Under the pieces are notes generated by a model. That model saw only the letters and a program-made list of their open reading frames with translations, was not told the DNA's origin and searched no databases. Of a stretch of 64,000 nucleotides of DNA, positions 50,818 through 64,000 are shown in pieces (the first letter of the stretch is position 1; every line of letters starts with the position of its first letter). Source of the stretch: Octopus bimaculoides (Eukaryota); contig NC_068998.1 of NCBI RefSeq assembly GCF_001194135.2, positions 53,754,496 to 53,818,495 of the forward strand, in the 5' to 3' direction. The position numbers and the translations under genes were made by a program.

Positions 50818-51515
50818 ACATATACTTTTTCATATATGAATGTATGTATGCGCGTGTATATATATATATATATATCTATATATATATATATAGAGAGAGA
50901 GAGAATGAGCGCATAAGTGTCTATATATGCATGCATACGCATATAGACATATATATATATAAATACATACATACATATATATATATATTTATATATATAT
51001 ATATTATTAATACATTGCATGTGCTAGATCCACGCGGTCGTTTATATATTCCTTTTCTCTGTGCTTTTTTGAATTGATTATATATATATATATATATATA
51101 TACGCACATACATACATACATACATACATACATACATACATACATACATACATCATCTTCAATGATCTGTCCTTGCTTTTTCCTGTTCTTTTTTTGTATC
51201 GTCCAACTGTCCGGATGTTTTGTAGTCGTCTATTACGTTCTTGTTTCATTTTTTCTTTTATCCATGCTTATCATAATGCGCAACACGGAAAAACGCCTGC
51301 GGGCAGCATGCGACGGGTTTCTTTCCGTTCCCGTCTGTTAAATCTGCTCACAAGGTTTCGGTCGACCCGAGTCTATAGTAGAAGACACTTCCCCAAGATA
51401 TCACACATTGGAACTGAACCCGAAACCATGTGGTTGAAAAGCAAGCTTCTTACCACACAGCCATATATAATTGTATTTCCAATTCCTTACTATTCTTAAA
51501 AACCATCGGTATGTC

Positions 51516-51574
<59 letters not shown>

Positions 51575-51966
51575 CTCTCTCTCTTCTTTCTCTCTCTCTC
51601 ACTCTCTCTCTCTATGCTTCCCTCGTCCTGTCTTTAAATCATAAAGGATTCAAATGAGTTCCAGATTCAGGATATTAAAATAGCAAGGGAAATACCTTCT
51701 CGCTCTCTCTTTCTCTTTCTCTGTCTCTCTCTCACACATACACTTTCCCTTCTTTTGTTTTCTCCTATCTTTCTCTCTGGATACGATATTAGTCCCACGT
51801 CACATCGGTAACATTTCCAAAAGACCTGATACGTATTCCTGACATTTAGACAAACTTGATAAATGACTAAATATCATATTTATAGATTATTACTACAGTT
51901 GTTTAGATTCCAGTAAGATTGTATTATATCTCTCAATACACAACAGATTGGATTTCCATATATACA

Positions 51967-52033
<67 letters not shown>

Positions 52034-52549
52034 CTATATATATATATTTACATACATACATACATAAACACATATACATACGTGCGTACATACACACATG
52101 CATTTATACATTTATATATATACATATGTGTATATTTATGTATATATAATGAAGATGGAATGATGTAATTGAGCCACAAAACAACAAAATATTGAACTTA
52201 GAGAATAAAAGACAGTAGATTTGACATTTGAATATATCATTCAGGCCAACCTGATGCCGAGATGCTGACCATAAAGATATTTTTAATATATTTTAATGTA
52301 GAAGTACTCTACAATGTCCAGTGCAAGAATATACGTCCTTCACAGGCAAGGGGTTGCAAATAAGCCACTACGCCATTGTAAAGATGGTATTAATATAGCC
52401 ACGTAATGGAATTTCCAAACATATTCTATAATGAATATTCAAGTAAAATATTGGTTACTGGCAGAAAAAGAAGAATATTGTACTAAAGTGTTGTATGATA
52501 TTTATTTAGTTATATCCTGAGTTGATCTGAATAAGTAAATATGCACCAG

Positions 52550-52776
52550 TAATGTGTTGAGCGATGGGCTACTCGACCTGAAGAAAATTCTAACTGGGCC
52601 CCACCTGTAAGGTCATGTGCTGTTAACCTTCATATGAAATCACTATGTCACACCCATGTGGTCGCAATGCATGTGCCTGCTGTACCCTTATCAGACAGGT
52701 AGTCATGATGGGTATGCTGGGCTTTGTATATTAGTACCCCAGTGTCACTTTGATGGCATGCACTGCTCTCTCACTC

Positions 52777-52845
<69 letters not shown>

Positions 52846-52850
52846 AATAC
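52550..52850 (+). mobile_element. 3' end of a non-LTR retroelement with (AAT)n tail (R4/Dong-like, inferred)
   Basis: ...gtacccttatcagacaggtagtcatgatgggta...ccccagtgtcactttgatggcatgcactgctctctcactc followed by (aat)n. Recalled octopus repeat. Confidence 0.55.
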
Positions 52851-53487
52851 AACATCATTTACTTTCTATGCCGCCATGGGTTAAATGATTCAAAAGGATC
52901 TGACAGGCTGGATGAGCTTGGTTTACTCCAATGGATCAGTTTCCACATGGTTTCTACAACTGGATGCCTTTCCTCTTCCAAACCCCAACTTGGTACTTTA
53001 TTTTATCAACTCCAGAAAGATAAACCACATATCTGACCTCAGTAGAATTTGAACTCGGAATGCAGTGATCCAATAAATGCCATCAAGCAATTTTACCTGA
53101 GGCCCTTGCAACTCCACCAATCTGTTATGTATATAGTGTAGAGTAATAGTTTTAAATGCTTTGAGTTCAACTCCTACAGTTGTTAGTATTTGCCTTTCAT
53201 CTTTCCATATGTCAACAACATAAGTCTCAATCCTACGCCTCTGCCCTGGCATCCAACTGAAATTGCTGCAGGTTGCACTTATGCTACATAGCATTGTTTC
53301 TTTGGAACCTTCTCTCTACTTATGCTGCTAATGTACTCTGCCTAGAGATATCCAAAGTTACAACTTTCCCTTTATTATCTCCAGCATTTTAGATGCTTGT
53401 TATGCTCGGTGATGGCTTGAATACATTCAACAAATAATGGATCCTTTCGGCACATGTTTGTAATAAACACTATGGAGATATACTTAC

Positions 53488-53574
53488 GGGTTTTGTCATA
53501 TTTACATTTCATTTTTAACCACTCTGTAAATATAAGCATTCTACAGTTTGGGTTGAGAATAGTATGTTGGTTGT
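53488..53574 (-). CDS. C22orf15: C22orf15/CXorf65-family protein, exon 2 (DNQHTILNPNCRMLIFTEWLKMKCKYDKT)
   Basis: Acceptor tctctcttttgtag|AC, donor CCC|gtaagt, 87 nt, phase 1-1. The LNxxC motif matches the family. Confidence 0.9.
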
Positions 53575-53739
53575 CTACAAAAGAGAGATTAAAAAAAAGG
53601 AAAAAAACAAACAAAAGGAAGAACATATTTGGCATGGTGGGAACGCAAAAGCATAGAAGCTGTTAAAAGAATTTTAGCGCTTAAAATGATAAAACCAATC
53701 CTTTTGTGACCATACTCACAAAACATTGAATTCAGTATT

Positions 53740-54120
53740 GTAACTGAATGACACTTTCAATCAGTCCATTTTCAAGTTGTGCCATGTTTTTATTCTATAG
53801 AACGAGGATCAATGAAAGGACATTCAGCACCCTACGCACACCCCACCATGTGCACCACTTTTCCAAATTTCTTCTGCAATTTCTTCCAAACATTATCACT
53901 TTTTACCAATTCAAAAAAAGCCATTATCTTCGCTTAACATCCATTTTCCCAGCCTGCATGGATCCCCAGCAGAGTTTTGAGACAGATTTTCTAGGCTCGA
54001 ATGTCCTTTGTGTTGCCAACTGCCCACTGTTTTCAAACAGGATGATGGGCAGACATATTGTTCACACATTCGAAAATGAGAACCTCAATTGTAGGACAGT
54101 GGTAGACACTTACAATCATC
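53740..54120 (-). pseudogene. Decayed protein-like reading frame of unknown origin in intron 1
   Basis: VNNMSAHHPV*KQWAVGNTKDIRA*KICLKTLLGIHAGWENGC*AKIMAFFELVKSDNVWKKLQKKFGKVVHMVGCA*GAECPFIDP, with several in-frame stops. Confidence 0.35.
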
Positions 54121-54850
54121 ACATTATATCAGGAAATGGGTGCACACAATCANNNNNNNNNNNNNNNNNNNNNNNNNNNNNNNNNNNNNNNNNNNNNNNN
54201 NNNNNNNNNNNNNNNNNNNNNNNNNNNNNNNNNNNNNNNNNNNNNNNNNNNNNNNNNNNNNTATATATATACAACAGGCTTCTTTCAGTTTCCATCTACC
54301 AAATCCACTCACAAGTCTTTGGTCAGCCTGAGGTTATAGTAGAAGACACTTGCCCAAGGTACCATGCAGTGGGACTGAACCCGGAACAATGTTTATATAT
54401 ATTAACAAACATATATTCAATATAGTATGTTACATAAATGAGAATGTATTTCCCTTCTTACATTACAATATAACAAAATAGCTTTACTCTGCATCATATA
54501 TTGAGTACTTTTACTGTCATTCATAAAATTAGAAAAACAAAAATCTCCAAACATTTCACAACTTGAAAGTAGTACATGTTATGAATATGATGGATGATAG
54601 ATGATGCCAAAAGCCCCAAAGGAATTTCATCATACTGAGATCACAAACTGAACAGAGACTCTGTCAATGTTTACCCCTCCCCTTTATTATTCAAGTCCAT
54701 AAAGGTATTTCGTATTGGAAATTGTGAATAGTTGGGAAACCCAGCAAGTTATTTCCCATTACTAGAATTCAATACGAAGATGGATCTGCAGTGGATACCA
54801 CTGACACCCAATGTATATGGCTCAGAGCAGATTCTTAAATACACAGCATA

Positions 54851-54947
<97 letters not shown>

Positions 54948-55095
54948 AATGCATGTGTATATAAATATATATAAATATATATATATATAAATATTTATAA
55001 ATATGCATATATGTATGTATATGTATATAAATATGCATATATGTTTGTGTATATATGTATGTATGTGCATGCACATATATACACATACATACATG

Positions 55096-55166
<71 letters not shown>

Positions 55167-55292
55167 ATATATATATACATATATATACATACATATGCAT
55201 ATATACATCAGAAAGATAGAATTTTTTATATACACATATATAAAATATATATTATAAATATATATATGTATGTTTGCATGTATAAGTATATA

Positions 55293-55333
<41 letters not shown>

Positions 55334-56869
55334 AGTATGTAGGTATGCATAAGTATATATTATATATTTATATATATATAGATATATATATATAAGTATA
55401 TATTATATGTATGTATGTAAGTATATATTATATATGTGCGTGTGTGCGTGTATGTATATGTATATTTATCATTAACCATGTTAACAGATATAAATTTGAA
55501 CACGAACATGAAGAGATAATGATAAATTCTTCCTAACTAAATTGGTCATGCCATCTTCTATCTATAAATCAAAATTCCAATATTTAACAGAGTCAGGGAA
55601 CCCAGCCACATGGTTTTCCGTTTCCTTTTTTTTTACATTGCATCTGCCAATTCTGAAGAATAATATGACTGCAATTATGACAATACCCAGTGAAGGTGTC
55701 CCTACCTGGTCACATATTGTGCTAGAAATAGCAGACAAACATGCAACAGATAAAACATAACAATGAAACTGAACAAACTCTTGCCTCCCAAAATTCCCCT
55801 CGTGGGGCCTAATCTTACAGTGAGACTAAATGCATACCTATATGGTTATCTATCTTTATTCATAATTCCTGTTGTGATTGGTAATTGTATAATTCCTATC
55901 TGGCTTCCCAACAGTGTGGCATTATAGCCGAGTGGCAGCATTATTAGAGCAGTGGCAAACATGCCTGGCAGTACTTGTTTGGCTGATGATGTTCCAAGTT
56001 CAAATCTCACTGAGGTCAACTTTGACTTTCTCCTCTCCAGATTTGGCAAAATAAAGAACCAATGAAGAACTGGAATCGATGTAATTAACTAATACTCCGC
56101 CCACTTATTAGCCTTGTGCCTAAATCACAAACAATTATGACCTCCCCCACCATCTTCTGCTGATTAATAAACCTGCTTTTTTCTTTGTTTCTTTGATGAG
56201 GTAGTTATGGGGGGGGTGAGGGTTATTCTTGGTAATTTGATTTTATACTTTTAATGTTGTTTTTTTCTCTTTCTTCTTGTAAAAATATGTTGTTAATAAA
56301 AACAAAGCTTAACATTATGTAAGTGAATTATTGTATCTCAGCACAATCATGTTTGCATGTTTTTCTAGTATTTTCCCTCAACTAAAACACAGCATATTCT
56401 GGAGACGAGGTGTACTCGGCTTGAACAACTGCCAAGAAACATTCAACAAATCAGATCACTGCTCACATTGAGCTGCCAAAACAAGCCCTCTTGGGGCCTA
56501 TTCGCAATGCAAAATTAATTATATACAGATATCATATATTATTCACAGATATTCGACATGAAAGCACATAGTTTCAAGTTCAATAAGTGCAAACATTACT
56601 GTGTGGGGTAGAAGGTTGCTTTTTAACCACATCATTTCCGGTTCAATCCCATGGCATGGCACTTTGAGAAAGGGTCTTCTCTTCTTGTAAAGCCTCAGGC
56701 AGATCAAAGATTTGAGGGTGGAATTGTTAGATGGAAACTAAAAGGAGATCACACACACAAGTATGTATGTATGTATGTATGAATATGTATGTGTGTGTGT
56801 GAGTGTTAGTTTTAAATAAGCATTACACTCATAAGAGTTGTGCCATTCATTTCTAATATTCTGTGGAAA

Positions 56870-57010
56870 TATATCTGGTAATGGTAAAATATTACCTTGT
56901 TTGGAAATCAACGAGGGTTGGGAACAGGAAGGGCATCCAGCTATAAAAAAAATTACCTTAATAAATTCTGTCCATTGGAACAATGCATGTTAAAATGGTG
57001 ATGATGATGG
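56870..57010 (+). mobile_element. SINE family G (AGGAAGGGCATCCAGC core, (GAT)n tail)
   Basis: gggttgggaacaggaagggcatccagctataaaa...gcatgttaaaatggtgatgatgat. Reverse copies at 52850-52990 and 62970-63145. Confidence 0.65.
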
Positions 57011-57054
57011 TGATGATAATGGTAATGGGGGGGGTATCTGTTTATTTCCTAACG

Positions 57055-57190
57055 TTCCTTTCTATTGATAGGCATAGGCTCGAAACATAAAAGACTTTCT
57101 GACATTCCCAAGTGTCAAACTAATACACCTGCTTGTTGTTTGTACACCTGTCTTCATCTTTTGTTTTTCTGTAAATTTCAACTAGATATA
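57055..57190 (+). repeat. Penelope-type repeat fragment with degenerate hammerhead-like motif
   Basis: CUUU-CUAUUGA-U-AGGC-AUAG-GCUC-GAAA-CAU-A-AAAG. The downstream part matches the reverse complement of 22370-22415. Confidence 0.45.
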
Positions 57191-57997
57191 TATATATGTG
57201 ACTGTGTGTGTGTGTGTGTGTATGTGTGTGTGTACGTGTGTGTGTGTGTGTACATATATATGTACATATATATGAGTGTGTGTGTGTGTATGCATGTATG
57301 TGTCTGTCTGTATATATGTATGCATGCATGTATGTATGTGTAAACTGGGATTCAACACAATTTCCATCTACCAAATTTATTCACAAGGGATTGAATAGCC
57401 CAGGGTTATAATAGATGAGATTTGCCAAGATGCTGTACAGTGAGACTGAACCCAAAACCACATGGCTGTGTGGTAGCAAAACAAGCTTCCTAACCACACA
57501 GCCAAGCATTGTTTTTCACTCATATTTTTCCTGTTATATTTTTTTCTCCCCCTCATACCAATGCGTAGACTTCTGCTTGTCCACTTTATTCACCTGACTA
57601 CTAACAAAATAATAACTCTTCCTTTTCTTTTTTTTTTGTCTTCTTTTACTTTATATTTCCAGCATTTAACAATACCCTCTAACACATGCTCCCATGGAAG
57701 CCAAAAATAAAAAAGCAAAAACTCCAAAAAAGTATTTTAAAAACTGAATATAAACCAAAAACTAAGGTGTACAGTGGAGTTAACTTATTCACCTGTGACA
57801 CTTAACTCAACAAAAATCAGCTTTGTTCCCAATCAAATGAAATCAATATAAACAGAGACTGGTTGGTTCCGTGGTAGACTTTAACATTCCACAATAATCA
57901 GAATAAAAAAAACCAAAGGAAAGGAATGACTCCACACCTTTATACATGGAACAGAATCAAGAGCGGACTGCCGCGAGACAAAATATATTTAACATAC

Positions 57998-58034
57998 CTC
58001 CATATTTAATTGTAACAAATATTCGCTCAGACAT
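57998..58034 (-). CDS. C22orf15: C22orf15/CXorf65-family protein, coding exon 1 (MSERIFVTIKYG+G)
   Basis: ATG at 58034, 37 nt, phase-1 donor GGAG|gtatgt. Resembles the recalled N-terminus of human C22orf15 (MFIKVMFG). Confidence 0.85.
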
Positions 58035-59688
58035 GTTGAAAGCCTTGTCAACAGGATATATATATATCTATACACACACGTGTGTGAGTTGGGTTGGGGT
58101 GGGGAGCAGATGGTGTGCTGATATCTGTGTATTTGTATGTAAGTATAGAGAGAAATATGTATGTCCATATGTATGTACGTACTAACTGCTAGATATGACT
58201 GCTTGTGTAGTTGTCAATGTGAGAAGTGTATGTAGGTGTATATAATATATATGGGAGTAGGTGAGTACGTGTATGNNNNNNNNNNNNNNNNNNNNNNNNN
58301 NNNNNNNNNNNNNNNNNNNNNNNNNNNNNNNNNNNNNNNNNNNNNNNNNNNNNNNNNNNNNNNNNNNNNNNNNNNNNNNNNNNNNNNNNNNNNNNNNNNN
58401 NNNNNNNNNNNNNNNNNNNNNNNNNNNNNNNNNNNNNNNNNNNNNNNNNNNNNNNNNNNNNNNNNNNNNNNNNNNNNNNNNNNNNNNNNNNNNNNNNNNN
58501 NNNNNNNNNNNNNNNNNNNNNNNNNNNNNNNNNNNNNNNNNNNNNNNNNNNNNNNNNNNNNNNNNNNNNNNNNNNNNNNNNNNNNNNNNNNNNNNNNNNN
58601 NNNNNNNNNNNNNNNNNNNNNNNNNNNNNNNNNNNNNNNNNNNNNNNNNNNNNNNNNNNNNNNNNNNNNNNNNNNNNNNNNNNNNNNNNNNNNNNNNNNN
58701 NNNNNNNNNNNNNNNNNNNNNNNNNNNNNNNNNNNNNNNNNNNNNNNNNNNNNNNNNNNNNNNNNNNNNNNNNNNNNNNNNNNNNNNNNNNNNNNNNNNN
58801 NNNNNNNNNNNNNNNNNNNNNNNNNNNNNNNNNNNNNNNNNNNNNNNNNNNNNNNNNNNNNNNNNNNNNNNNNNNNNNNNNNNNNNNNNNNNNNNNNNNN
58901 NNNNNNNNNNNNNNNNNNNNNNNNNNNNNNNNNNNNNNNNNNNNNNNNNNNNNNNNNNNNNNNNNNNNNNNNNNNNNNNNNNNNNNNNNNNNNNNNNNNN
59001 NNNNNNNNNNNNNNNNNNNNNNNNNNNNNNNNNNNNNNNNNNNNNNNNNNNNNNNNNNNNNNNNNNNNNNNNNNNNNNNNNNNNNNNNNNNNNNNNNNNN
59101 NNNNNNNNNNNNNNNNNNNNNNNNNNNNNNNNNNNNNNNNNNNNNNNNNNNNNNNNNNNNNNNNNNNTTCCACTACCTGTAACCTACACAACATTGACAA
59201 GGTAATTGTCTTGTCACCTGATTAGTTTCTGACTTAGCTCCCATCAAAAAAACAAAAAGAAACATGACTAAAAGTTATAATAAAGATACACAATGAACAG
59301 ATTATAAACAGTAGCAAAGGCAATTGAGGGTCAAGCATGGCCGTGCGGTTGAGGAATTCACTTTGCAACCACCAGGCTTTGGGTTCAATCCCACTGTGCA
59401 GCATGTTTGGAAAATGTCTTCTACTGTGTCTCTGGAACTCTGAAATACCATTTTGAGTGAATTTGGTAGATGGAGGGGGTGTAAAGGTTCATTATATAAA
59501 TATATATGTGTGTGTGGTTATGTATGTGTGTCTGTGTGTGTATATATGCATGTATGTATATGTGTAGTGCATGCATGTGTGTATATATAGAGAGTTATGA
59601 ATATATTAACTTTGTTACCCATATACATATATAGTGATAAGACCAGGTAGTACACTTTGATCNNNNNNNNNNGCAGTGTGCATATTCA

Positions 59689-59721
<33 letters not shown>

Positions 59722-59973
59722 CTATCTGTATATGTGCACGTGTGGGGTGGGGCTTGTCTGTGCATGTATATGCCGAAGTTGATTCAATGTCCACATGTGT
59801 CCCTGCATGTCAGTTCCGGTCAGATGCACACTGATCCTGATTGAAGGATATTCTCATGATGAACAGCGAAGCAACAACATGGCACTCTATAATCCAGGAG
59901 GATGCAAAGCATAAATAATGGGTCTTCTTCTTTTCATTCTATCTGCATCCGATGCACAAAAGCATGACTAGGA

Positions 59974-60016
<43 letters not shown>

Positions 60017-60034
60017 CGCACGCATGCATATGTA

Positions 60035-60127
60035 AGGACTATCAAGAAGAAAGAGGCTGCTCAGAAAGCCTCTAGATGGCTCTGTCTCAAAAGGAGTGAT
60101 CAGTGGGGTCAGGAGAAGACCCCTTAA
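60035..60127 (+). mobile_element. C-terminal remnant of an RLE-type (HERO/R2-like) non-LTR retrotransposon
   Basis: RTIKKKEAAQKASRWLCLKRSDQW resembles recalled AAEKASRWLWxKRxDxW. Confidence 0.5.
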
Positions 60128-60856
60128 ACTAGCAGAATAACTGGGGGGGAAATGAGGGGACAGTGGTCTGCTGAGGGTGAAGCATTTATGGGTGTGGCAC
60201 TTTTGGCTCTGTTGTATAAGTTTGTATAGATCCTATCGTTTAAAGAGGGGGTTGTGGCATTCTCAGAAACTGCCTCAGGCAGAACACATTCAAGTTATGC
60301 CACCAGGCAGGACATACATCAAGGCTTGATCAATCTAGATTGCTTCAGCAGCAGCAGCAGCAGTAGCAGCAGCAGTAGCAGTCGTAGTAGTAGTAGTAGT
60401 GGTAGTAATAGTAGTAGTAGTAGCAGTAGTAGTGACCATGGAGTTGTAAACTAGCGAAATAAATAAATCATACAATAAAGGAAACAGTTTGACGAGATAG
60501 GTTTAGACATGAAAATTTATGACTGATACCTGAGTGTGTGTGTGTGTGTACATGTATATGTATGTGCATGGATGTATGTGTATATGTGTTGCATATGTTT
60601 TTATGTACATGCATAGACATAAATGATTGTGTGTGTGTGCTTATATATACATGTGTGTGTGTGTGTGTGTATAAATATATATGCACATATATATAAGTAT
60701 GTACACACACATACATACATACACATAGATACACACAGATACACACATACATCTGTATGTATATAAATATAATATATAATTATATTCCCCATGTATTATA
60801 AACACAATGTAGAACCTTGTAGTTCCACAGCGCACACACACACACANNNNNNNNNN

Positions 60857-60903
<47 letters not shown>

Positions 60904-61174
60904 CAGCCCCAACATTGATTTATCAATTTTACCTTTATAAAGCTTCCCAGGGATAAACAAACAATGCAATTTTCCTCTTACTTTCCATACTAAGAAGTAT
61001 TCGACCAGTCACTCTCAAATTGCAAAACCACAAATGGCTAATTGGGAGACAATGGGGAAGAGATCTCCAGTAGGACTTGAATCTAGGCACCACAATTGAT
61101 ATACATCTGCTAATTAATTATCAATGATTGATTAATGACATGCTGGGGAGAGAATAGGTCAGTTGGATATATAT

Positions 61175-61240
61175 TAGGGTAGACAACGCTTTGATTTAAT
61201 TTGCTGTTAGGGTAGACAACGCTTTGATTTAATTTGCTGT
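61175..61240. repeat. Exact 33-bp tandem duplication
   Basis: tagggtagacaacgctttgatttaatttgctgt x2 (61175-61207 and 61208-61240). Confidence 0.9.
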
Positions 61241-62111
61241 GGTTAAGGTACAGGCTTGGCTATGTGGGAAGAAGCTTGCTTCACAACCACATGGTTCCAG
61301 GTTCAGTCCCACAGTGTAGCATCCTGGGCAAGTGTCTTCTACTATAGCCTTGGGCCGCCCAAAGCCTTGTGAGCGGATTTGATAAACGGAAACTGAAAGA
61401 AGCCCATCGCATATATATATATATATATATATATATACTAATATATACTTTTGTTATTTACACCACCTGTCCTCGTCTGTTGTTATTATTTGTATATTCT
61501 CCCATATATATATATACAAATATATATATATATTCTTTTATTTGTTTCAGTCATTTGACAGCGGCCATGCTGGAGCATCGCCTTAAGTCGAACAGATCAA
61601 CTCCAGGACTTATTCTTTCATAGCCTAGTNNNNNNNNNNNNNNNNNNNNNNNNNNNNNNNNNNNNNNNNNNNNNNNNNNNNNNNNNNNNNNNNNNNNNNN
61701 NNNNNNNNNNNNNNNNNNNNNNNNNNNNNNNNNNNNNNNNNNNNNNNNNNNNNNNNNNNNNNNNNNNNNNNNNNNNNNNNNNNNNNNNNNNNNNNNCACA
61801 ATGAGCCCCTTGTCAGTTTTTATCTCCCAAACACACTGTCAAGTCTTTATTCAGACCAGACCAATGGTAGAAAACATCTGCCCAATGTGCTACACATTGG
61901 GACTGAACCTGGAAGCATATCGTCAGGGAGTTAATATCTTCTCCACCACACAGCTACTCACAGAGATTTACAAGGCTTAACATATTATCTACAATATTCC
62001 AGTTGTATTGTAGAAGTTTAAACAAAATAATTCAATGAGTAATGCTTCTTCTAGATAAGGCATAATTACATACATATTATACATACATATATATACATAT
62101 ATATATACATA

Positions 62112-62159
<48 letters not shown>

Positions 62160-63789
62160 NNNNNNNNNNNNNNNNNNNNNNNNNNNNNNNNNNNNNNNNN
62201 NNNNNNNNNNNNNNNNNNNNNNNNNNNNNNNNNNNNNNNNNNNNNNNNNNNNNNNNNNNNNNNNNNNNNNNNNNNNNNNNNNNNNNNNNNNNNNNNNNNN
62301 NNNNNNNNNNNNNNNNNNNNNNNNNNNNNNNNNNNNNNNNNNNNNNNNNNNNNNNNNNNNNNNNNNNNNNNNNNNNNNNNNNNNNNNNNNNNNNNNNNNN
62401 NNNNNNNNNNNNNNNNNNNNNNNNNNNNNNNNNNNNNNNNNNNNNNNNNNNNNNNNNNNNNNNNNNNNNNNNNNNNNNNNNNNNNNNNNNNNNNNNNNNN
62501 NNNNNNNNNNNNNNNNNNNNNNNNNNNNNNNNNNNNNNNNNNNNNNNNNNNNNNNNNNNNNNNNNNNNNNNNNNNNNNNNNNNNNNNNNNNNNNNNNNNN
62601 NNNNNNNNNNNNNNNNNNNNNNNNNNNNNNNNNNNNNNNNNNNNNNNNNNNNNNNNNNNNNNNNNNNNNNNNNNNNNNNNNNNNNNNNNNNNNNNNNNNN
62701 NNNNNNNNNNNNNNNNNNNNNNNNNNNNNNNNNNNNNNNNNNNNNNNNNNNNNNNNNNNNNNNNNNNNNNNNNNNNNNNNNNNNNNNNNNNNNNNNNNNN
62801 NNNNNNNNNNNNNNNNNNNNNNNNNNNNNNNNNNNNNNNNNNNNNNNNNNNNNNNNNNNNNNNNNNNNNNNNNNNNNNNNNNNNNNNNNNNNNNNNNNNN
62901 NNNNNNNNNNNNNNNNNNNNNNNNNNNNNNNNNNNNNNNNNNNNNNNNNNNNNNATATATATATATATAAAATCATCATCTTCATCCATTGTCCAGGCTG
63001 GCATGGGTCAGACCGTTTGACCAGGGCTGGTAAGCTGGAAGACTGCACCAGACTCCAGTCTCATTTGGCATGGTTTTCTATGGCTGGTGCCATTCCTAAT
63101 GCCAACCACTCCGAGTGTGCAATGAGTGCTTTTTTGTGCCATCAACATGGGCTTACTACATATCAAGGGTTCCCGTTAAGGGTCAAACATCAGAAGCTGG
63201 ACATGTGGCCAAAAGCATACAGGACTGAGTGGTGGACTATCATCTTTGAATATCTGTAATATTCAAGGATAAACTTTCAGCATGTTTCCCTTCCTATGAA
63301 GAATTATCAGGAAATCTCACTTCCCTGATTTTCGTCTTCAATTTTCTTAATTTATAGATTTTTATATCCATTTCTGTAAAACTATTTTATAAATGATTTG
63401 ATATCATTTACAATCACCTGTTCATCTTTTTTTTCATTATGTAATATATGGGTGTGTATATGTGTGTGTGCTTGTGTATGTATGCATTTATGTGTGTGTG
63501 TGTATATATGTGTACATGTACACACACATGCACACACACACACATACATATGCGCACACACACACTTTGCAATGATGAAACCTTTTCAATGACAATAATC
63601 GGCTAATAACATTAAACATATAAAGAGCTTCAGACACATTAGTTTTGATGACAATAACCATTTGATCACATTATCTGTAAATACAATCAGTGGCTTCTGC
63701 TGCACACATGTGCGTCTGTATGTGTGTGAGTGTGCATGTATGAATGTGTGTATGTGTGTGTGTGTGAGAGAGAGAGGGAGGGAGAGAGA

Positions 63790-63820
<31 letters not shown>

Positions 63821-64000
63821 GGAGGGAGAGAGAGTGTGTGTGTTTTTGTCCATACTCCTGTTTGTGTTTTTCTGAACCTGGTTTTTATCTGCAAAAGTTT
63901 GAGCAGTGGTTTGGCTAAATCTGTAACTTGGCAGTTCAACACATATGTATTGAGAAAAATAACTCTCAGACAGAAATTCCATATTAGGGTTGATGTGTTC

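Noticed and set aside
354-63942. Many ORFs rich in HT/CV/YI/RE/LS dipeptides, poly-K, or X runs
   Set aside because: They are translations of (CA)n, (TA)n, (GA)n and (GAA)n microsatellites or of N-gaps, with no coding evidence.

Overview
AT-rich eukaryotic DNA dense in microsatellites and SINEs, with 15 N-gaps that mostly abut simple repeats. The repeat families look like those I recall from Octopus genomes; the taxon is my inference. One protein-coding gene can be rebuilt with confidence: a 5-exon minus-strand gene (CDS 58034->46290, 144 aa, all introns GT-AG phase 1) of the C22orf15/CXorf65 family. The rest is mostly tRNA-type SINEs and decayed retroelements (RTE, R4/Dong-like, HERO-like, a LINE ORF1 remnant). 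There are also Tc1/mariner relics, including one that appears internally inverted and a 233-bp TIR-bounded deletion derivative. The most interesting non-coding signal is a head-to-head pair of Penelope-type repeats at 42.55-42.94 kb carrying hammerhead-ribozyme cores; a second hammerhead-like family occurs at 22.5 and 57.1 kb. Several orphan exon-like segments suggest further genes that I could not assemble or name. Most ORFs in the supplied track are microsatellite or N-gap artefacts. All family assignments come from recalled motifs, not database searches.
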